A DNA stretch of 32,000 nucleotides from Sphingomonadales bacterium (GTDB lineage Bacteria; Pseudomonadota; Alphaproteobacteria; Sphingomonadales; Sphingomonadaceae): NCBI GenBank assembly GCA_027488785.1, contig JAIYAY010000003.1:44168-76167 (forward strand), written 5' to 3'. The notes under the pieces are model-generated. The model worked only from the letters and a program-made list of their open reading frames with translations, was not told where the DNA came from and searched no databases. The position numbers were made by a program, and so were the translations under genes. Shown here piece after piece: positions 24,962 through 32,000 of the stretch; the first letter of the stretch is position 1; each line of letters opens with the position of its first letter.

Positions 24962-25705
24962 CTAAGCGCACCAATCGCCATTCTTTGCCATCCAGATGGA
25001 AATCGCGGATATGGCGGCGGTGTCAGCCCGCAATATTCTTGGGCCAAGTGAAACGGGACGGGCATTCGGATGCGCGCGAATATAGGCATTTTCGCTATCG
25101 GTGAAGCCACCTTCGGGGCCTATCAATATGGCGGCTGGCCCTGCTTTTATCGTTTCCAAAAACGGTTCGCCACCGCGTTCGTCGCAGAAATATAAACTGC
25201 GTTCGGCTGGCCAATCTTTCAACAGCGCTTCAAGTTTCGTCAACGGCGATATCTGTGGCAAGGCGGTGCGTTCACATTGCTCGGCTGCTTCAATCATATG
25301 GGCACGCAAGCGGTCATCCTTGACCTTGTCGACAACGCAGCGCGCGGTCAGCACGGGCGCAAAGCGCGCGACGCCCAATTCGCATGCTTTTTCCGCTATC
25401 CAGTCAAAGCGATCCTTTTTGATCAGCGCTTGGGCGATCCATAGATCGGGTGTGGTTTCGCGTGCGCGCAATTTTGTTTCAACCGTAAGATCAAGATCAC
25501 GTTTGCTGATGCGTGCAACGGTCGCGAGATATTCGCCCGAAATGTCATCGAACAATTTGACCGGTGCGCCTTCTTTCAGGCGCATCACACCCAACAGATA
25601 ATGTGCGCTATTGCCTGCGATGTTGAGGGTCGCACCAAGTTCCAGCGGCTGTTCCACAAACAAGCGCGGTGTTGATTTTGGGGGCCAGGCGGGTGTTGCG
25701 GGCAT
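24962..25705 (-). CDS. rsmE: 16S rRNA (uracil(1498)-N(3))-methyltransferase
   Basis: TPRLFVEQPLELGATLNIAGNSAHYLLGVMRLKEGAPVKLFD...AEQCERTALPQISP...AILIGPEGGFTDSENAYIRAHPNARPVSLGPRILRADTAAISAIS. Start MPATPAW at 25705; the track ORF extends to 25741. Confidence 0.93.
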   Translation of the reverse strand: MPATPAWPPKSTPRLFVEQPLELGATLNIAGNSAHYLLGVMRLKEGAPVKLFDDISGEYLATVARISKRDLDLTVETKLRARETTPDLWIAQALIKKDRFDWIAEKACELGVARFAPVLTARCVVDKVKDDRLRAHMIEAAEQCERTALPQISPLTKLEALLKDWPAERSLYFCDERGGEPFLETIKAGPAAILIGPEGGFTDSENAYIRAHPNARPVSLGPRILRADTAAISAISIWMAKNGDWCA

Positions 25706-25807
25706 GGCCCTGCGTCTAACCGCAAAAGCAGGCGGCGTCATCTATCAAGTTAAGCGCCTTAAACTTCGCAGATGACGCGCCGGATAAATTTTGGCAGGGC
25801 CGCTCCT

Positions 25808-26719
25808 ATGACCTCGAAAATTGTACCTGACAGCGAATATACTGGTATCATTGCCCTGCTGCCGGTGAAGCTGCGCGCCTTTGTGCTTTTGGCGCGGTTG
25901 GACCGTCCTATTGGCTGGTGGCTTTTGTTCTGGCCATGCGTATATGGTTTGGCGCTCTCGGGCGGGCTTGTTCCGCGATGGGACCTAGCCTTGTGGATGC
26001 TGCTCGGCGCGATTGTGATGCGCGGGGCAGGGTGCGTCTACAATGATATTGTCGACCGCAATCTGGACGCGCAAGTGGCGCGCACGGCATCGCGGCCCTT
26101 GCCGCGCGGCGATGTAAGCGTGCGCGGCGCTTGGACGTTCCTGATTGGTTTATGTGCCATCGGGTTGCTGGTCCTCTTGCAACTTCGGTGGGAGGCGCAG
26201 ATTGTCGCTGTAAGCAGCATATTTCTGGTCGCGGCATATCCGTTTATGAAACGCATTACGTGGTGGCCGCAATTATGGCTCGGACTGGTGTTTAGCTGGG
26301 GCGCATTGGTCGGCTGGGTAGCCATCAATGGGCAGGGCAATGCGGCGATGTTCTGGCTTTATGCCGGCACGATATTCTGGGTCGTTGGCTATGACACCAT
26401 ATACGCGATGCAGGACCGCGAGGATGATGCTTTGGTCGGAATTAAATCGAGCGCCTTGCGACTTGGCGGCAGCGTCCGGCTTGGCGTGACGGCATTCTAC
26501 TTTTTGACGATCTTGGGCTGGGGCATGGCGATCTGGAGTGTCCGGCCGGAAAAGCAGGCGCTTATTGCCTTGCTTCCGGTCGCTTTTCATTTGGGGATGC
26601 AAGTCATTTCAATGAAATCCGATGGCAGCAACGCGCTTGGTCATTTCCGCTCAAACCGCGTGGCAGGGTTACTGGCCGCGCTTGCCTTTTTGGTCGTTGG
26701 CGCAGCTGGTCAGTATTAA
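25808..26719 (+). CDS. ubiA: 4-hydroxybenzoate polyprenyltransferase
   Basis: 303 aa: YTGIIALLPVKLRAFVLLARLDRPIGWWLLFWPCVYGLAL...GAGCVYNDIVDRNLDAQVARTASRPLPRGDVS; second Asp-rich motif YDTIYAMQDREDDALVGIKSSAL. Confidence 0.95.
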   Translation: MTSKIVPDSEYTGIIALLPVKLRAFVLLARLDRPIGWWLLFWPCVYGLALSGGLVPRWDLALWMLLGAIVMRGAGCVYNDIVDRNLDAQVARTASRPLPRGDVSVRGAWTFLIGLCAIGLLVLLQLRWEAQIVAVSSIFLVAAYPFMKRITWWPQLWLGLVFSWGALVGWVAINGQGNAAMFWLYAGTIFWVVGYDTIYAMQDREDDALVGIKSSALRLGGSVRLGVTAFYFLTILGWGMAIWSVRPEKQALIALLPVAFHLGMQVISMKSDGSNALGHFRSNRVAGLLAALAFLVVGAAGQY

Positions 26720-26729
26720 GGAGAAGGTT

Positions 26730-27749
26730 ATGGAACATCGTCGCATCGGCAAAAGCGCCATTTATGTGTCCGACATCTGCATGGGCACCATGACCTTCGG
26801 GTCGCAAACCGATGAGGCGGAGGCGCACCGCATTCTCGACAAATGTCTAGACGCAGGTATCAACTTCTTTGACACAGCAGAAGGCTATCCCGTGCCGCCC
26901 GACATCAAATGGGTTGGCCGCACGGAGGATATTGTCGGCCGCTGGATGAAGGGCAAGAACCGCGACACCATCATCATGGCAACGAAGGTTTCGGGCCCAA
27001 GCCACACTTGGTTCAAATCGCCTAAGCGCGGCGGCATGACCACGCTGGACCGGCACAATATCATTACCGCGGTTGAGGAAAGCCTGCGCCGTTTGCAGAC
27101 CGATTATATCGACCTGTACCAGACGCATTGGCCCGACCATGGTCTTGCCTATGACGAGACGATGGAGGTACTCGACGAATTGGTGCGCTCCGGCAAGGTC
27201 CGCGTCTTGGGTTGTTCGAACGAGACAAGCTATGGCCTGATGAAGTCGTTGGCGACGTCAGAGCGGTTGGGCACGGCGCGCTATCACAGTATCCAGAATA
27301 ATTTTTCGATCAACAACCGCCGGTTTGAAGATGAGTTGAAACAGGTCTGTCGTCAGGAAGGCGTGTCGTTGCTGCCTTACTCGCCTTTGGGTGGCGGCGT
27401 GTTGTCGGGCAAATATCTCGACGGCGCCCGCCCCGAAGGCGCGCGTTTCTCCCGCTATCTCGAAATGGCCGGGTCGCGTCAGGTCGACATGGCGCAGCGT
27501 TTTGCTGGGCCCCGCGCCTTGGAGAGCACGATGCGGATTGTTGCGATTGCCAAGGAAGCTGGTATGTCGCCGGTTACGCTGGCAACGGCTTGGTCGAAGC
27601 AGCATGACTTTGTCGCGTCGACGATTGTGGGCGTAAGCAAAGAAGACCAGCTCGACGATATCTTTGCGGCGATTGACTTGAAGTTAAGCGCCGAAGTGAT
27701 GACCGCGGTGCATAAGGTGACGAAAGAGATATTGTACCCGATGGGGTGA
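26730..27749 (+). CDS. aldo/keto reductase
   Basis: 339 aa: MEHRRIGKSAIYVSDICMGTMTFGSQTDEAEAHRILDKCLDAGINFFDTAEGYPV...YIDLYQTHWPD...VRVLGCSNETSYGL. Confidence 0.94.
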   Translation: MEHRRIGKSAIYVSDICMGTMTFGSQTDEAEAHRILDKCLDAGINFFDTAEGYPVPPDIKWVGRTEDIVGRWMKGKNRDTIIMATKVSGPSHTWFKSPKRGGMTTLDRHNIITAVEESLRRLQTDYIDLYQTHWPDHGLAYDETMEVLDELVRSGKVRVLGCSNETSYGLMKSLATSERLGTARYHSIQNNFSINNRRFEDELKQVCRQEGVSLLPYSPLGGGVLSGKYLDGARPEGARFSRYLEMAGSRQVDMAQRFAGPRALESTMRIVAIAKEAGMSPVTLATAWSKQHDFVASTIVGVSKEDQLDDIFAAIDLKLSAEVMTAVHKVTKEILYPMG

Positions 27750-27797
27750 GGGGACTATTCCAATGTCTTCAAAAATCCCGCTTGTTCCCCTCCCTTT

Positions 27798-27868
27798 CGT
27801 CATCCTGAACTTGTTTTAGGATAACATGCGATGGTTGTTCGTTATCCTGAAACAAGTTCAGGATGACG
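27798..27868. repeat. long inverted-repeat hairpin between convergent genes
   Basis: CGTCATCCTGAACTTGTTTTAGGATAACA (27798-27826) against CGTTATCCTGAAACAAGTTCAGGATGACG (27840-27868): 27 of 29 positions complementary, 13-nt loop. Confidence 0.9.
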
Positions 27869-27919
27869 ATTACTGGTGAGAGCGCAGGTTGACGAAGGAA
27901 TATGGCCATACCTCCCCCA

Positions 27920-29383
27920 TCAACTCATAATCTCCGCCTGCGCATAACCCAGCGCTTCGCCAAGCGCTTGTAAACGGCGCTGAACGCTATTCGACTGCAA
28001 GCGGACGGCCGCGCCGCGCAAGTGCAGTCGTAACGTCGCGCCGTCGCCGTCGATGCGGCTGTCGGCCAATGCGCCGCCAGTGCCGCCGTCGAGGCGGTGG
28101 GCCAGACGGATAGCGAGGCCCCAGATCACGGCTTGCGCCAGCGCGCCGGGCTTGGCCAAAGCCGGTAGCATTTCGGGCAAGGTCCGTTTTCCGGCATGCA
28201 CCGTCCAAAGCGCAGCGGCGATGACGGCGCGGTCGCTGGCGTTGGCACCTGGCCAACTGCCGTCCAGCGCAAGGTCAAGCGCGTGGTCGGCGCGATATTC
28301 GGGGTTCACGTTCCACACGCTGTCGGACAGTAAGCATGCCGCGCGGCACAATCGTGCGTCATCATCGCTTTGCCCGGCGAATACTGGCGCAATCCAATCG
28401 GCCAAGGCATCGCCATGAAAGGGAAAACGCCCCAGCCTTTCGCCTTCAAAACGCGCCGAGGCAATTAATGGGTCTTGCTTTCGCTCGGCCGGTGTCAGTT
28501 GTTCGTATAACAAGCCTTCACGCAGGCCATAGATGCTCGTTACAAGCTTTTTGGGCTTTAATAGGCCCACAATACCGCCCAATAATGCCGCAGCCCCGGG
28601 CAGCTCAGCGATACGGCCCGCAGCGACGACATTAGACTGCGTGAGGGCGTCGCGGTCTTGCACCAGCGGCGCGAGTAATTCCGGTGCTTCAGGCGGCATT
28701 TCATAATTCGACAATATGGTCAGCGGATAACCAGTTGCATGCATGTGCAACCGCGCGAAGCTACGCCACGAACCGCCAATCATGTAAAAGGGGAGGCCAG
28801 TTTCCATTGGAAAGCTGCCCTTGCCCATAGTTTTGGCAATATCATTGCGTAGCATCTGCGTGATTTGCTTGGCCGATTTGCCCGCCAATATGTCATGCCG
28901 CAATGTCCCCAGCGGTAGCGACACGCGCGCGCCCAATTTGCCATCGGATATGCGGATAAGCTCAAGGCTGCCGCCGCCGAGATCGCCGACATAGCCATTG
29001 GCAAAGGGATTGTCGCTGAGCACGCCATAACCCGCCGCTGTGGCTTCGGCATCGCCGTCGAGCACGTCGATGCGGATGCCCAAGGCGGCGGCCTTTTCAA
29101 CCAACTCCTGTCCATTCTTCGCCTCTCGCGTCGCGGCGGTGGCGACCACGCGCAAGCTGTCGACCTGCATCGTCCGGGCGAGTGTTTCAAAGCGGGCCAA
29201 TGCGGCCAGCGCCTTTTTCATCGTCGCCTTGTCAATTTCGCCGTCGCCCGCAAGGCAGGCGCCCAGTTTTACGCGGCTTTTTTCATTGTAAATGGGCAAA
29301 GGCGCGCGCGGCGACCCTGCATAGACCACGAGCCGGACAGTGTTGGAGCCAATATCAATGACGGCCTGACGCACCGCCCTCAT
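27920..29383 (-). CDS. ppx: Ppx/GppA family exopolyphosphatase
   Basis: 487 aa: QAVIDIGSNTVRLVVYAGSPRAPLPIYNEKSRVKLGACLAGDG...NPFANGYVGDLGGGSLELIRI. Confidence 0.93.
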   Translation of the reverse strand: MRAVRQAVIDIGSNTVRLVVYAGSPRAPLPIYNEKSRVKLGACLAGDGEIDKATMKKALAALARFETLARTMQVDSLRVVATAATREAKNGQELVEKAAALGIRIDVLDGDAEATAAGYGVLSDNPFANGYVGDLGGGSLELIRISDGKLGARVSLPLGTLRHDILAGKSAKQITQMLRNDIAKTMGKGSFPMETGLPFYMIGGSWRSFARLHMHATGYPLTILSNYEMPPEAPELLAPLVQDRDALTQSNVVAAGRIAELPGAAALLGGIVGLLKPKKLVTSIYGLREGLLYEQLTPAERKQDPLIASARFEGERLGRFPFHGDALADWIAPVFAGQSDDDARLCRAACLLSDSVWNVNPEYRADHALDLALDGSWPGANASDRAVIAAALWTVHAGKRTLPEMLPALAKPGALAQAVIWGLAIRLAHRLDGGTGGALADSRIDGDGATLRLHLRGAAVRLQSNSVQRRLQALGEALGYAQAEIMS

Positions 29384-31539
29384 CTTTGTCGGACAAGGCT
29401 CAAAGTTGGAACCTTCTTGTCATCTGCGAGCGCGCCGCCGCGTCCCGAAAGCGACGCATTTGTCATGAAATAATGATGCAGATTAAATGGCATGCTACCC
29501 GCTTTTACCCTTTCATAGCGACCGTCGGAACGCAGCATCCAGCTTTGCTGGTTGTCGAGCAGGTTTGCAACCATAACCTGATCCAAGATCTGGTCATGCA
29601 CCGTCGGGTTCTCAATTGGCAGCATATATTCGACGCGGCGGTCGAAATTGCGCGACATCCAGTCGGCTGAGGAGATGAACACCTTCGCCTCCCGATTGGG
29701 CAGATCCGCGCCATTACCCATTGCCCAGATGCGGCTATGCTCCAGAAAACGTCCGACAACCGATTTTACCCGAATACGCGACGACATGCCTTTCACACCG
29801 GGCCGCAAACAACAAATACCGCGCACCACAAGGTCGATTTCCACCCCGGCTTCGCTTGCCTCATATAATTTGTCGATAACGGCTTTATCCACCAACGAGT
29901 TGAGCTTTGCCCAAACCGCACCGGGCCGACCAGCAGCAACATGGGCGATTTCATCGTCAATCAACGACATGATTTTTTCGCGCAAGCCAAGCGGGCTCAT
30001 CGTCAAAAGCTTGAGCCCGGTTGGCGGGATATAGCCGGTGATATAATTGAAAATTTGACCAGCATCATGGCCGACGCGCGGGTCCGCGGTGAAGAAACTG
30101 ATGTCGGTATACACTTTGGCCGTGATCGGGTGATAATTGCCCGTACCCAAGTGACAATATGTGCGGAAACCATCCGCCTCACGCCGGACAACCAGCGAAA
30201 TTTTGGCGTGGGTTTTCATGTCGACAAAGCCGTAGACCACCTGAACGCCGGAATTTTCCAACTGCGATGCCCAATGGAGATTTTGCTCTTCGTCAAACCG
30301 CGCCTTCAGCTCAACAATGGCTGTGACAGATTTTCCGGCCTCTGCCGCCTCGCATAAGGCACGGATAACAGCGGACTGCTTACCAGCGCGATAAAGCGTT
30401 TGCTTGATGGCGACGACGTCGGGATCAAGCGCAGCCTGTTGCAGGAAGGCGAGCACCACGTCGAAGCTTTCATATGGGTGGTGAATGACAATGTCTTTTT
30501 GGCCGATCGCCGAAAAACAATCGCCGTCATGCTCCAAGATGCGTTCGGGGAAACGCGGCGAATAAGGCGGGAATTTTAATGATGGGCGGTCTTCATCCAC
30601 CAACTGGCTTAAGTCGCCAATGCCTAAAAAGCCGACGGTTTCAACAACGATCGATGCGCCCGCGCCGAGTTCGGCGCGGATCAACGTCGCTAGTTCACTG
30701 GGTAGCCCTTTTTCGAGCTTTAGTCGGATGATGCGCCCGCGACGGCGGCGTTTGATGGCGCTGCGGAAATAACGGACGAGGTCTTCGGCCTCTTCTTCCA
30801 CCTCGATGTCGCTGTCGCGGATAATACGGAAGGCGCCAGCCGCGATTAGCCGATAATCCGGAAACATTTGACCGACGAAATGCTTAATCAACGCCTCAAT
30901 GGTGACAAAACGCGTGCCAGGGCCGGGCAAGCGGACAAAGCGGGCCAGCGATTGAGGGATCAGCACCAATTGCCTGACAACTTCATTATTATCCTTGCGG
31001 CGCATATCGAAAATGAGGCTAAGCCCTTGATTGGGAATGAAGGGGAAGGGATGCGCTGGGTCTAAGGCTTGCGGGGTGAGGACCGGCAAGATTTGCTCGC
31101 GGAAATATTTGCCCACTTGCGTCTGCAGGGTCTTTCCCATCGCGGATGGTTGAATGATCTTAATGCCTTTGCCGGCCAATTCCGGCATCAACTTGCGCCA
31201 CAATTTCTGTTGCTGGATCATCAACCGATCCGCGGCCGCAACGGTGTCGGCGAGCTGCTCGGAGGGCGTGCGGCCATCAATCGACAGTTCTTCAATCTTC
31301 CGCTGCTGCTGCCCGCGTAAGCCCGCCACGCGGACCATGAAAAACTCATCAAGGTTCGTGCCCGAAATCGACAGAAAACGCAGGCGCTCCAACAAAGGAT
31401 GTGCCGGGTTTGACGCTTCTTCCAACACCCGCTCATTAAATTTCAGCCAAGACAGCTCGCGGTTAAAATAGCGCGCATCGGTTGGCGTTTTTCGGGCTTT
31501 TAACTTGCTAGTACCGGACACGGGCTTCACGAAACTCAT
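29380..31539 (-). CDS. ppk1: polyphosphate kinase 1
   Basis: 719 aa: YFNRELSWLKFNERVLEEASNPAHPLLERLRFLSISGTNLDEFFMVRVAGL...HPYESFDVVLAFLQQAA...VVGRFLEHSRIW. ATGA overlap with ppx. Confidence 0.97.
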   Translation of the reverse strand: MSFVKPVSGTSKLKARKTPTDARYFNRELSWLKFNERVLEEASNPAHPLLERLRFLSISGTNLDEFFMVRVAGLRGQQQRKIEELSIDGRTPSEQLADTVAAADRLMIQQQKLWRKLMPELAGKGIKIIQPSAMGKTLQTQVGKYFREQILPVLTPQALDPAHPFPFIPNQGLSLIFDMRRKDNNEVVRQLVLIPQSLARFVRLPGPGTRFVTIEALIKHFVGQMFPDYRLIAAGAFRIIRDSDIEVEEEAEDLVRYFRSAIKRRRRGRIIRLKLEKGLPSELATLIRAELGAGASIVVETVGFLGIGDLSQLVDEDRPSLKFPPYSPRFPERILEHDGDCFSAIGQKDIVIHHPYESFDVVLAFLQQAALDPDVVAIKQTLYRAGKQSAVIRALCEAAEAGKSVTAIVELKARFDEEQNLHWASQLENSGVQVVYGFVDMKTHAKISLVVRREADGFRTYCHLGTGNYHPITAKVYTDISFFTADPRVGHDAGQIFNYITGYIPPTGLKLLTMSPLGLREKIMSLIDDEIAHVAAGRPGAVWAKLNSLVDKAVIDKLYEASEAGVEIDLVVRGICCLRPGVKGMSSRIRVKSVVGRFLEHSRIWAMGNGADLPNREAKVFISSADWMSRNFDRRVEYMLPIENPTVHDQILDQVMVANLLDNQQSWMLRSDGRYERVKAGSMPFNLHHYFMTNASLSGRGGALADDKKVPTLSLVRQR

Positions 31540-31709
31540 TCCTTTTTCTTCATTTCAGGCTCGGTGCCATGGAAACATTGCAAATTTACGGCAGCAGAAA
31601 TGTCAACTGTAACAGCATTGTCGCCAAATTGTCATCGTTGATATACCGACGAGTCACAACCCCTGCCTAAGGGCAATCATCACATTTGGTGTATTTAGGG
31701 GTTATTGAT

Positions 31710-32000
31710 ATGCAAGCGCGTTGTACAAACTCACGGACAATTTCAAGAAGCGCGATGCTGTGCGGCACGGCTTTGCTGGCGATCCTGCCTTCATCATTGA
31801 TGGCCCAAACGGCGAATGCGGCGGAAGACGAAGCCATCGTTGTCACGGGTTCACGGCCAATCGCTGAATCAGAGGCGGCCGCCCTGCAAGTTCAGAAAAA
31901 TTCGGATTCGTTGGTAACCGTTGTTGCATCTGACTCAGTCGGCCGTTTGCCAGATCAGAACATCGCCCAGGCAACGGGCCGCCTTCCTGGCGTGGCCGTA
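31710..32000 (+). CDS. TonB-dependent receptor, N-terminal part, truncated by window end
   Basis: MQARCTNSRTISRSAMLCGTALLAILPSSLMAQTANAAEDEAIVVTGSRPIAESEAAALQVQKNSDSLVTVVASDSVGRLPDQNIAQATGRLPGVAV: signal peptide, TonB-box-like IVVTG and plug motif. Confidence 0.88.
   Translation, partial: MQARCTNSRTISRSAMLCGTALLAILPSSLMAQTANAAEDEAIVVTGSRPIAESEAAALQVQKNSDSLVTVVASDSVGRLPDQNIAQATGRLPGVAV

Noticed and set aside
29380-29383. ppx/ppk1 ATGA overlap as a novel coupling
   Set aside because: Adjacent ppk-ppx genes with overlapping ends are a common, well-known arrangement.
1-32000. Search for CRISPR arrays, transposases, integrases, prophage genes, toxin-antitoxin pairs, retrons or other defence systems
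   Set aside because: No regularly spaced direct repeats seen, and no translated ORF resembles these families. Almost all coding space is explained by housekeeping or metabolic genes.

Overview
This 32 kb window looks like core chromosome of an alphaproteobacterium, probably Sphingomonadales-like (inferred from gene content and repeat style, not proven). Minus-strand block 1-6043: SDR oxidoreductase (partial), clpS, phasin, two acyl-CoA dehydrogenases resembling a pimeloyl-CoA dehydrogenase small/large pair, and class I PHA synthase phaC. Next come plus-strand genes: DEAD-box helicase, alaC-like aminotransferase, hotdog thioesterase and a lipoprotein-like SAM methyltransferase. The ribosomal/transcription cluster secE-nusG-rplK-rplA and rplJ-rplL is on the minus strand, but a six-gene metabolic island (NTF2-like, GNAT, carbon-nitrogen hydrolase, DUF3237, Rieske oxygenase, SSS symporter) separates rplA from rplJ. 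A DUF808 gene separates tRNA-Trp from secE. The rest is two TonB-dependent receptors (one partial), gshA-type glutamate-cysteine ligase, rsmE, ubiA, an aldo/keto reductase, and ppx-ppk1. I found no CRISPR array, transposase, integrase, prophage or recognisable defence system. The best second-look items are the split ribosomal operon with its own candidate promoter, leader and terminator signals, TGC-N3-GCA motifs at both PHA genes, a perfect 18-bp palindrome upstream of an acyl-CoA dehydrogenase gene, the compact three-gene operon at 12014-13916, and long inverted-repeat elements. All calls come from reading the sequence; no database search was run.
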